The notes under the pieces: model-generated
The model's database searches: none
Told to the model about the DNA's origin: nothing
Seen by the model: the letters and a program-made list of their open reading frames with translations, nothing else
Source: an uncultured virus (IMG/VR IMGVR_UViG_3300032334_001399)
Lineage: Duplodnaviria; Heunggongvirae; Uroviricota; Caudoviricetes
Direction: 5' to 3' (one strand)
IMG/VR virus record: IMGVR_UViG_3300032334_001399
Length of the DNA stretch: 64,000 bases
Shown here: positions 27,301 through 35,142 of the stretch, piece by piece
Position numbering within the stretch: position 1 is the stretch's first letter
Layout of the letters: each line of letters starts with the position of its first letter
Program-made: the position numbers and the translations under genes

Positions 27301-29482
27301 CACTACTAATTATTTTGATTGGACTGGTACTGCTTTAAATATTAAAACTGCTGGTGCTGTAACTATTGGCAATCCTACAGGTGCTAGACTGGTATGGGAT
27401 GGTAGCGCTCTTAGTATTTACAATAGTAGTAATACAGCTATTCTTACTGCTGGTAAACTAACTTGGACCGCAGTAGGTGATATACCTTATTCAGTAGTTG
27501 GTAATTTACTAGACACTAGTACTTGGGTAACTGGGGCTGATTATAGTGCTACTGGACCCGCAGGCTTTAATTTAAACCAAAATGCTACTAGTGAAAATTC
27601 TATTATAGTTGATATAGGACCAGACGGTACACCAAAACAAATTTGGAAGGCTTATAGTACAGAAAATTTTACTGGGTCAGAGGATCCTGATGGCGGCTGG
27701 AATACTAGCAATTTTACTATTGATCATCTTAAACCCTATAGATTTAGTTGCTGGATAAAACGGGCCAGTAGTCAAGCTACTGGTAGTGCATGGTTAGGTC
27801 TTGGTGGAAATACAGTAACTAATTTAGCTGGCGTTCTTAATAGCAATCCATATTTTATTGCTGGTTATGGACGTGTTTCTTTAATTCAAGATAGATGGTA
27901 TTTATTTGTAGGATATGTATGGCCTAGTACATATACTGGTAATACTAATCTTGGTGGTATTTATGATGGTATTACTGGTGAATTAGTATATGCTGGAACT
28001 TCTTGGAAGTGGGTAAGTGGTCAAACTACCTCCATTCATAGATGTTATCAATACTACTCAAACATTGGTGATATACAGTACTTTTACGGACCTAGAGTAG
28101 ACATTGCTGATGGCTCTGAACCTACTATTGAAATGTTATTGGCATTAGGTAAAGCTACTACCGCTGCTAGTACTGCTAATACTGCTGCTAATACTGCTAA
28201 TACTGCTAGTACTACTGCCGGTACTGCTGCTAATACTGCTAATACTGCTGCTGGTACTGCTAATACTGCTGCTAATACTGCTAATACTGCTAGTACTACT
28301 GCCGGTACTGCTGCTAATACTGCTAATACTGCCGCTGGTACTGCTAATACTGCTGCTGGTACTGCTAATACTGCTGCTAATACTGCTAATACTGCTAGTA
28401 CTACTGCCGGTACTGCTGCTAATACTGCTAATACTGCTTCTAATCGTGCTAATACTGCTGCTAATACTGCTAATACTGCTGCTAATACTGCTAATATTGC
28501 TGCTAATACTGCTAATACCGCTGCTAATACTGTTACTGCTGCTGTACAATTAGTAGGTTCAGTAACTTGGCTTGGCGATACTACTGTTTCAATTATTACT
28601 GGTGTAGAACTAAGAAAAGATGGTGCTGGTGCAACTGCAGGCAATAATGCACAAAGATATAGTTCAGAAAGTTTTGTTGGTGGAGCATATCTTAGTTTTC
28701 AACCATATGCTCTTAACACACAATTTGCAATGGGATTAAATACTGATCCTACAACAGATAAACTTCCTGATAGTATTGATTATTGTTGGACTTGTGCTTC
28801 TAATAATACTTTATTTATAACTTTAAATAATGCTACACCTACATATACTAATAGTCCCGGCAGTTGGACTACTGATACTATTTTAAGCATTATCTATGAT
28901 AATCAATATGTAAGATTTTACAAAGATACAACATTAATATGTGAAGTTGACACTACTTATGGTAGTGCAAAAAGACTTTATGTAGATAGTAGCTTTAGTA
29001 CTGTAGGCTCAGGTGCTAAAAATATCAGATTTGGACCTAATGCTACTCGTGGTGCTCCTGGAGTTGGGGTTAATGGTGCTCGCGGCAGTGTAACAATTTA
29101 CAAAGCATCAACTTTAACTGGTTGGACAGATGCTGCAGCTGTTTTAGCCGTTACTGAATTTTATTCAACCGTATCAATAAACGATACTGTAACATTGTAC
29201 AATAGTACAGCTGCTACTCCTTGGGCAACAACTAAATTTTGGAATAACAGCGCTTGGGTAGAAGTAACAACAGTTATTAATGGCAATCTACTAGTAAAAG
29301 GCACTGTAGGTGCGGATGTATTAAGTGCTAATAGTATAATAGGAAATAATATTTCATTTACTGGTTTGCTAAGTACAAAAAGCGCCACTACTGGTGCTCG
29401 CATGGAAATCACAAACAGTACAATTTTAGTATACGATGGTACTATTACTACTCCTAGAATTAAAATTGGGAATTTAAGTTAA
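24374..29482 (+). CDS. Central tail fibre/host-specificity protein (gpJ-like C-terminus)
   Basis: 1702 aa, Thr/Gly-rich multi-domain; LKVGNLSAIT, C-terminal GARMEITNSTILVYD...RIKIGNL; internal Ala/Asn/Thr repeat. Confidence 0.7.
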   Translation: MTTPVNSRRAALEATSPRILQVGDNYINLTVTSQQFKIGTDNQPNPASVTITANLVGVLAGTVTFNTNVVPNQFVAGTTFTGTIALNSNILTTINTPGVPAVGMELTGGNIQPGTYIVSGSGTNWIVSKTQTLATSAATLTGSPHTRSGNTLTITPAIMASDYVTVTASITYQNVTYTSAPVSITKIYNSIQARLSQTFKIYASYDDGTGYNIPLPISQLNSTDRIYLDLYNGDYAFNRGTAGNITYSPLANTVVAKNGLKVYLSSGDPSIDPTITGTSITTGNVYKIATTGNQTAFGAANNTVGTIFTATQNGTLTSGTVSIIFSAGQVIIEEDTPGSWTTLDPTNFTLTATRSGVNYSAIFNVSKQRQGMGGIQYGTISLYRWSAIDPSANQGALLPKGTSTYTWYSQSHVYNPTAVQGNLDSWTVAIPTKPTDNYTYLLWKITKSVQQQSARDVTIQTLTGITWTSDYKLTEVTTTSNEFVKTKTATLYQNGIGAAPDAPTGSAVYNWTTETLDVSGTSLNFWTVTIPAEQEGVALYTFNVDLIESKTTTSTTVYWDKGYSKLVTIYGKNSIVARFDNGTHAIPCDYLDSEASRNFSNSGTKLVAYDGTTVLTAISDDTVFSKGTYKVSTAADGVTVGTKTVGGTAGFTFGNITAATFASTTTGSITFTLTGQTLTGTAFTYKLVQTFTKTPRGDPGINYWIVTDASVISKSLGGAFTPSTITVTAKKSVAGVASDYAGWFKIYKNSDPAAVYTSNAAESSKTYTIPADTTQLKFRVYDSNPDAQTGSKIILDEEIVPVVNDGPTGNIGNSARRAYVKTTTTPASSGDNGPSTYTATGDALPRDNVWFTKDVATGRGVWASTPQQIAEGETLYQSDGIFVYGGNTTWGFPYISALKVGNLSAITVNTGDLYVSGSIRGGANSTKDSTIDLTTGSGYYISSTGSFRIGNPTTNYLKWDGTDLTINTTGAVKIGNTTNYFDWTGTALNIKTAGAVTIGNPTGARLVWDGSALSIYNSSNTAILTAGKLTWTAVGDIPYSVVGNLLDTSTWVTGADYSATGPAGFNLNQNATSENSIIVDIGPDGTPKQIWKAYSTENFTGSEDPDGGWNTSNFTIDHLKPYRFSCWIKRASSQATGSAWLGLGGNTVTNLAGVLNSNPYFIAGYGRVSLIQDRWYLFVGYVWPSTYTGNTNLGGIYDGITGELVYAGTSWKWVSGQTTSIHRCYQYYSNIGDIQYFYGPRVDIADGSEPTIEMLLALGKATTAASTANTAANTANTASTTAGTAANTANTAAGTANTAANTANTASTTAGTAANTANTAAGTANTAAGTANTAANTANTASTTAGTAANTANTASNRANTAANTANTAANTANIAANTANTAANTVTAAVQLVGSVTWLGDTTVSIITGVELRKDGAGATAGNNAQRYSSESFVGGAYLSFQPYALNTQFAMGLNTDPTTDKLPDSIDYCWTCASNNTLFITLNNATPTYTNSPGSWTTDTILSIIYDNQYVRFYKDTTLICEVDTTYGSAKRLYVDSSFSTVGSGAKNIRFGPNATRGAPGVGVNGARGSVTIYKASTLTGWTDAAAVLAVTEFYSTVSINDTVTLYNSTAATPWATTKFWNNSAWVEVTTVINGNLLVKGTVGADVLSANSIIGNNISFTGLLSTKSATTGARMEITNSTILVYDGTITTPRIKIGNLS
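28160..28543 (+). repeat. Coding tandem repeat (GCTAATACT/GCTGCTAATACT units) encoding TAANTAN-like heptads
   Basis: About 380 bp of near-perfect 9/12-bp units with a higher-order ASTTAGT unit present three times. Confidence 0.95.
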
Positions 29483-29784
29483 TGGCTTATGGTATAGAAC
29501 TAGCAAACACTGAAGGCACCGTATTTTTTTCTTCAGCACTACAAACTTGGAATTATATAGGAAGTTTTATTGCTCCAGTTTACGATGGTAGTAATTTTTA
29601 TACTTCTTATCTTATTCCAGGATCAAACCTATTAACTGAATATGCTGTTCAATTAACACCAATTAATAGTCCTCCAGATACACTGGAGGCCTATTTACCT
29701 ACTATACAAGTTTATTTAACTGATCAAGTAGCATTTTCATACAACAGCAATACTCAATGTTTAGTAGTTATTTTAGGAAGATAG
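29482..29784 (+). CDS. Small tail tip accessory protein
   Basis: MAYG N-terminus; directly follows the J-like gene. Confidence 0.6.
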   Translation: MAYGIELANTEGTVFFSSALQTWNYIGSFIAPVYDGSNFYTSYLIPGSNLLTEYAVQLTPINSPPDTLEAYLPTIQVYLTDQVAFSYNSNTQCLVVILGR

Positions 29785-29785
29785 C

Positions 29786-31930
29786 ATGGCCTACGGAATA
29801 TTAGCGTATAATAACACTGGAAAAATACTTATTTCTACAGATATACAAGGTTTACATTTTGCGGGTATTGCAATACTTTCAAGTACCGTACAATCACTTA
29901 CTAGAAATTTTCCAAACTATAATAGAGATGGCTACTATCTTAGTGGTTCTTGGATACATACTTACACTATTACATTACCCGCAGCCTCAGCGCCTGTATT
30001 TTTTATTAGACCTGTAAGTACCAATGTACAGTATGGTATTATAAACCAATATGCTCAAAATTCTAATAGTTGGAGGGTGGACATAATACAAAGTGGATAT
30101 GATACTAGTTATCCCCCAGAAATTTATGCATTTACTACTGCACAATATGCTCGTCTTGATTCTGCTGCAGGCCTTGCTATGGATACTACAGGTCCAGGCA
30201 TTGCAACTTATTTAAGTAACGGAACCACTCTTGCTTTTGACAGTCGTAAAGATCCTCTTGGAATTTTATATGCAAATCAAAATGTAAGGCCCCCACAACT
30301 TCCTAGTGATGGTGGAGCACCTGTATCGGATACTAGTTATCCTTGGTATTGGCAAGACCAAAATTTAGATTTTAATTTTAAATCTGATACTACTTATACA
30401 TCATATTCACATGGTTTAACTGATTCTGCTACAGATTTAATGTTTAGTGCTCCATCAACTGCACACAGTGTACGTACTAGAGTTAAAGGAGGCTATAAAC
30501 TTTCTTGTAGTTCAGGTGTTCTTGGTGTTGGCGGCAGTAGTCAGCCGCATTACTCTACAGCACAATGGTGGGTATTTTATATTCAAACTTATGGTTTAAC
30601 ATCAAGTAATACATTAATAGCAGGCTGGACACCTTATAAAGCTGGATATTTTTATCATGAAGAATATAGTAGTGGTGGTTGGTTTGGTAGCGATTCTGGG
30701 CAAATGAGTCAGGGAAATAGACCTTATCCTGATAAAACTATTAATTGGCAGTATAATACTGCAATGATAACAAAAGCTACTAACTATATATTAACTCCTT
30801 CATGGACTGTACAACCACTTTATGGATCAACTTATAATGTTGAAACAACCGCTATTCTTATGTATGCTGGAGGACCACGAGTTTCTTCAGGTACGTATTA
30901 TTGGACTATTAAGCATGGAACTACAGTTGCTGCAGATTTTATTGCAGCTAGCGGAACTGTAACTGTTGGCGAATATAGTTATGGAACTTTTTATATATAT
31001 CTTGCTGAAGACAACGTATTTGAAGGACCCCAAACATTTCAAGTTGAACTTCGTAAAACTAGTATAACTGGTCAAATACTTAAAACAAGTGATACATTTA
31101 CCATTGTAGATAAACCTAGCTATAGTTGGAATACTTATCCATCCGGTCCTGTTAATGAAAACTCTAGTCTTATATTTAAAGTTAATACACAAAATGTACC
31201 TGCTAATACCACTCTGTATTGGTATATAAGTTCATATACTGCAACAAACCCGGATTTTATTCTTAATTCTGGATCTTTTGTAATTAATGACCAAGGCATA
31301 GGTGAATTTATGGTATCAATAAAAGCTGATAGTCTAACTGAACCAATAGAAGAATTTTTTGGAGTTAATATTACAACAACTGATCCAAACATTCTTCTTA
31401 ATTATTATACTATAGTTCTTTTTGCTTTAAATAATATTTATATTACGGATACTAGTCAAAATCCTGCCGGCAGCGACCCAACATTAGGATTTAATACTCT
31501 TAATAATATTAATGTAGCGGGCAATACTGATACTCTTGAAATTTCCATAATAAACTTAAACACAAATGGAACTATTGATTATTATGACGACAATAGTACT
31601 GCAGGTTATCCAGCTCCAACAACATGGTTTTCACCAACTAGTGTTAATGGTAGTTCAATTTTTGAATTTAAAATTATAGTTAATAGTGTGCCTACTAATT
31701 GTGTTTTAAGTTATGGGCGAGTAAGTGGCCAGACTGGAAGTCGTGCGTCTATAAGTTCTCAATGGGATAGTGGCTGGTGGGATTTAAGCGGTTATACAGG
31801 ATTTATACAGCTTTATAATTCTGGCACTGTTAATAGAACTATGACTGGTACATTATATATTAGAAATAAAACTACTCTTACAGAAATTAGTAGATCGATT
31901 ACAATGACAGCCTATGGTAGTATTTATTAA
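29786..31930 (+). CDS. Putative receptor-binding tail tip protein with two Calx-beta/Ig-like repeats
   Basis: MAYG N-terminus; aromatic-rich; two repeats YYWTI...ADF...SG...EDNVFEG and LYWYI...DF...SG...ADSLTEP. Confidence 0.55.
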   Translation: MAYGILAYNNTGKILISTDIQGLHFAGIAILSSTVQSLTRNFPNYNRDGYYLSGSWIHTYTITLPAASAPVFFIRPVSTNVQYGIINQYAQNSNSWRVDIIQSGYDTSYPPEIYAFTTAQYARLDSAAGLAMDTTGPGIATYLSNGTTLAFDSRKDPLGILYANQNVRPPQLPSDGGAPVSDTSYPWYWQDQNLDFNFKSDTTYTSYSHGLTDSATDLMFSAPSTAHSVRTRVKGGYKLSCSSGVLGVGGSSQPHYSTAQWWVFYIQTYGLTSSNTLIAGWTPYKAGYFYHEEYSSGGWFGSDSGQMSQGNRPYPDKTINWQYNTAMITKATNYILTPSWTVQPLYGSTYNVETTAILMYAGGPRVSSGTYYWTIKHGTTVAADFIAASGTVTVGEYSYGTFYIYLAEDNVFEGPQTFQVELRKTSITGQILKTSDTFTIVDKPSYSWNTYPSGPVNENSSLIFKVNTQNVPANTTLYWYISSYTATNPDFILNSGSFVINDQGIGEFMVSIKADSLTEPIEEFFGVNITTTDPNILLNYYTIVLFALNNIYITDTSQNPAGSDPTLGFNTLNNINVAGNTDTLEISIINLNTNGTIDYYDDNSTAGYPAPTTWFSPTSVNGSSIFEFKIIVNSVPTNCVLSYGRVSGQTGSRASISSQWDSGWWDLSGYTGFIQLYNSGTVNRTMTGTLYIRNKTTLTEISRSITMTAYGSIY

Positions 31931-31949
31931 CTATATTGGTACTATATAA

Positions 31950-33137
31950 ATGAATAATAATTTTGCAGAAATTGTTTACTATAATGGTGGACAAATATAT
32001 AGTAGTTTAACACATAAACAATTCGTTCAAACGTATATTCTTAGCTCTAATTACTATAGTCCTTTTCGTCATAAATTAAACACAGGACAAGAATATTTTA
32101 CTACTAGTACTTTTAATAATTACTTTTCTGGCAGTGAATCAGGTATTGAATTAGATAATATAAACTTATCTCCAGCAGTAACATTGTGGGCTGCTTTAAT
32201 TGCATTAGATAAACAAGATCGTGCAAATTATGAAATACTGTTTGCAATTGATTCTATTGAACAATTACAAAAAGTAGCAGAGTACTATAATTTGCCTTAT
32301 CCTATTAATCAAGAAATTGAAACACAAATAGTTAATAACCCAGAACAACTAATGCAGTTTAATTTAGTTGATCGTGGCCCTACTGTTATTGCTGGTATTA
32401 AGTTTGTTAATACTGTTCCTAGTGTGTTTAAAGTTTATACTTATCCTAAACTGTCTGATGGCTGGCAAGTATATATGTACGGTAGATCTTATTGCAGTCA
32501 AGGAACACTTTGGGAAGCTGGAATATTAAAAACGAAACGCACAGGTGGTAAAACAATACCCGGTTTATACCTATATGGCAGTGGTAGTACTAGTCTTGTA
32601 AAACTCAGTGAATCTACACGTTTTGCACAGAAATTAAAAGTTAAGTATATTAACACACCACAAGACCCTAATTGTGATACTGTTTTAAACTGGTACGGAG
32701 AAGAATCAGATAAAAATGGTAATATTCTAAGAATTAAAAAATATCAATTAACTAAACAAGCTGCTGCTGTTTTAACAAGTATGACTAATCGTGGATATGA
32801 TCTTTTGGGCTACGATCTTTGCCCTAGTGTTAATTATTGGGTTGCTAGAGCTTATTACGATACTGGTACTGAGGAAGAAATATTTTTTGCTGCTGAAAGC
32901 GTTGCAATGATTGATAGTGTAGCTGAATATTACAAACTACCCATTCCGTATAGTTTAGCACAAAAAGAAATTTTAGAAACTAATCCGGCTTTGTACAGAA
33001 TTAAATATTATAACTTACTTGGATTAGGTCTTGGAAATTATATACCAGTAGTAGCTTGTAGTATTACTTTTACAAATAGAATACCTAAAAGATTATTATT
33101 ATATACAGTTATACGTCCTTGGGAATGGGGCGAATAA
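31950..33137 (+). CDS. Hypothetical protein with internal duplication
   Basis: EILFAIDSIEQLQKVAEYYNLPYP and EIFFAAESVAMIDSVAEYYKLPIP in the two halves. Confidence 0.7.
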   Translation: MNNNFAEIVYYNGGQIYSSLTHKQFVQTYILSSNYYSPFRHKLNTGQEYFTTSTFNNYFSGSESGIELDNINLSPAVTLWAALIALDKQDRANYEILFAIDSIEQLQKVAEYYNLPYPINQEIETQIVNNPEQLMQFNLVDRGPTVIAGIKFVNTVPSVFKVYTYPKLSDGWQVYMYGRSYCSQGTLWEAGILKTKRTGGKTIPGLYLYGSGSTSLVKLSESTRFAQKLKVKYINTPQDPNCDTVLNWYGEESDKNGNILRIKKYQLTKQAAAVLTSMTNRGYDLLGYDLCPSVNYWVARAYYDTGTEEEIFFAAESVAMIDSVAEYYKLPIPYSLAQKEILETNPALYRIKYYNLLGLGLGNYIPVVACSITFTNRIPKRLLLYTVIRPWEWGE

Positions 33138-33167
33138 ATTGTCCTAAATTTTTAAATAGGAATTGCA

Positions 33168-34001
33168 ATGGCAAATCTACGAATAATCTATAATAATGTT
33201 GCTGATTTAGCAACAATTAGTGCTAGTACTACTGCAAGTGGATCAGCCAGTAACATGCAGAATACGCAAAAAACTAGTGCACATCGCAGTAGTAGTACTA
33301 GCACAGTTACCTATACACTAACATGGTCAACTGCACAAAATATTAACTGCATTGCACTACCTGCTACTAATTTAATAGCAGGTGATTTAATTACTGTAAA
33401 ATTGTATACTACTGCCACAAGTGACGCGGCTGGTGCTGTTGCTCAAGCTATTGATCAGTCAGCTTGTACTGGTAGAATAATGTTACTTCAAAATGGCAGT
33501 ACTACTAGTACTTTAGCAGATTTTGGTTATGGTGGTGCTACAAAAACCAGCATATGGTTTTCTAATAGTTATAGTGTTCAGGCAATGGAAATTACCTTAA
33601 CACGTGGCAGCGGTTTAGTACAACAAATTGACTGTGCTAGAATTGTTTGTGGTCAATACTGGGAAACTAGCCGACAAGTTACTAAAGGCATAGATGTTGG
33701 CACCGAAGATCAAAGTGAAATAATTACTACACGCAGTGGCAATACTTATGTAGACAAAAAAACTATTAGCGATACATTAAGTTTTAATTTAGACTATATT
33801 AATGATGTGGACAGAAAAACATTTTTACAATTGCTACGTAGTTGGGGTAAAACTGGTTTAATATATGTATGTGTATTTCCTGATAATGCTAATACAGAGT
33901 ATACACAAGCATACAGTATTTATGGTAGGTTACAAAATACTAGTCTTAGATACGAATATTTAGGTTATTATAATACTAGTATACAATTAATAAGTTGGTA
34001 A
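33168..34001 (+). CDS. Minor tail protein (distal tail-like)
   Basis: MANLRIIYNN N-terminus, RIVCGQYWE, TRSGNTYVD; last gene before the terminator. Confidence 0.55.
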   Translation: MANLRIIYNNVADLATISASTTASGSASNMQNTQKTSAHRSSSTSTVTYTLTWSTAQNINCIALPATNLIAGDLITVKLYTTATSDAAGAVAQAIDQSACTGRIMLLQNGSTTSTLADFGYGGATKTSIWFSNSYSVQAMEITLTRGSGLVQQIDCARIVCGQYWETSRQVTKGIDVGTEDQSEIITTRSGNTYVDKKTISDTLSFNLDYINDVDRKTFLQLLRSWGKTGLIYVCVFPDNANTEYTQAYSIYGRLQNTSLRYEYLGYYNTSIQLISW

Positions 34002-34005
34002 AAAT

Positions 34006-34039
34006 AAAATACTCACTCTAAAAGGGTGAGTATTTTTTT
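34006..34039 (+). terminator. Rho-independent terminator
   Basis: AAAATACTCAC-N9-GTGAGTATTTTTTT. Confidence 0.8.
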
Positions 34040-34042
34040 ATG

Positions 34043-34071
34043 TTGACATAAAGTACCTACTATGGTATAAT
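34043..34071 (+). promoter_or_regulatory. Consensus sigma70-like promoter for the fibre/lysis operon
   Basis: TTGACA, 17 bp, TG-G-TATAAT. Confidence 0.85.
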
Positions 34072-34145
34072 AAACAAAATTATTTAAGTAAACTTAATTT
34101 TGGTTATAACAATCAGTAGGTGTACTTTACCGATAGGAAGCAATT

Positions 34146-34508
34146 ATGAGTGTATCAGAATCCTATTCAGTAGTAGAAATATTAGCTACTGGTTTTGCAG
34201 GCTTATTAGCACTAGCCTTTTTATTACAAAAATTTCTTAATTCTTTTAAAAGTGAGAAAACAGAGAACTCTATTATTACACTAATGCATAGTGAACTAGA
34301 GCGCATGAGTGAGCAGAATACTAAACTAAGTTTAGAGCTTGGTAAATTGCAAGAAGAAGTAATTGAACTTAACAAGCAATTAAGAACCTTAGTTATAGAA
34401 AATCAAAAACTACAGGAAGAAGTAGTTGAGCTAACTTTACAAATTTCCAAATTAAAAGAACTTAATATAATAAAACACAAGGAGCTATCATGGCACGATC
34501 CAGATTAA
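34146..34508 (+). CDS. Hypothetical protein, N-terminal TM plus coiled coil
   Basis: 120 aa; hydrophobic residues about 9-30, then Leu/Glu heptads. Confidence 0.7.
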   Translation: MSVSESYSVVEILATGFAGLLALAFLLQKFLNSFKSEKTENSIITLMHSELERMSEQNTKLSLELGKLQEEVIELNKQLRTLVIENQKLQEEVVELTLQISKLKELNIIKHKELSWHDPD

Positions 34509-35131
34509 TAGACCCTCAACTGGACATAGTCTCTGATCCTGGTGCAATTTTATTTTCAATGGTAATTGGTGAACAGCTAGAATTTCCCGTTACACTAAGT
34601 TTTATTAGTGATGCTAGTAACAAATCTCCTGCTACTAATAACTACAAATACGAAGCAGTAGTAATTGAAGCTAACAATGTTGTAGGACAAACTACTCAGC
34701 CTACTGCAATTAAAGTCAGCGGAGTTCAAACCGCACTTTTTGTTAGAATACCTTATTATTGGGGCACGTGGACAGGAACAACTGCTACCTATAACAAAGA
34801 AGATGTAGTATTATACAACGGTTTATACTATAAAAAATTAACCGGATCTTCTCAAGCACTGATTGCACCAGATTTAGATACCGCAGTCTGGGAACCAACC
34901 ACGCTTAATAAAATTTATATTAGATTTCCTAAAGAATTAGGCAGCACTTGGAGTGTACAACCAACAATAGCTGCTAATACGTATGGATTTTTTGAATTGC
35001 GTGTAACTGAACCAGGCAGTAGTTTTCCCCGCACTTTTAAACCAGTACGTGGCTTAATTGAATTATTATATAGTCCTACTACTGCAGTAACAGATGCAAC
35101 TGATTATCTTAATCAGGGGATTTATACTTAA
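34490..35131 (+). CDS. Putative fibre-anchoring structural protein (BppU/T5 p132-like) with a small carbohydrate-binding-like insert
   Basis: SD AAGGAG; YGFFELRVTEP...VRGLIELLYSPT; insert WTGTTATYNKEDVVLYNGLYYK. Confidence 0.45.
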   Translation: MARSRLIDPQLDIVSDPGAILFSMVIGEQLEFPVTLSFISDASNKSPATNNYKYEAVVIEANNVVGQTTQPTAIKVSGVQTALFVRIPYYWGTWTGTTATYNKEDVVLYNGLYYKKLTGSSQALIAPDLDTAVWEPTTLNKIYIRFPKELGSTWSVQPTIAANTYGFFELRVTEPGSSFPRTFKPVRGLIELLYSPTTAVTDATDYLNQGIYT

Positions 35132-35142
35132 GGATATAAGTT

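Noticed and set aside
28160..28543. CRISPR array or antifreeze protein
   Set aside because: No unique spacers; the in-frame 3/4 heptad pattern fits a coiled coil rather than the 11-residue Thr spacing of type I antifreeze proteins
28084..28644. Minus-strand ORFs of 186 and 134 aa
   Set aside because: Antisense shadows of the tandem repeat with no SD or independent coding signal
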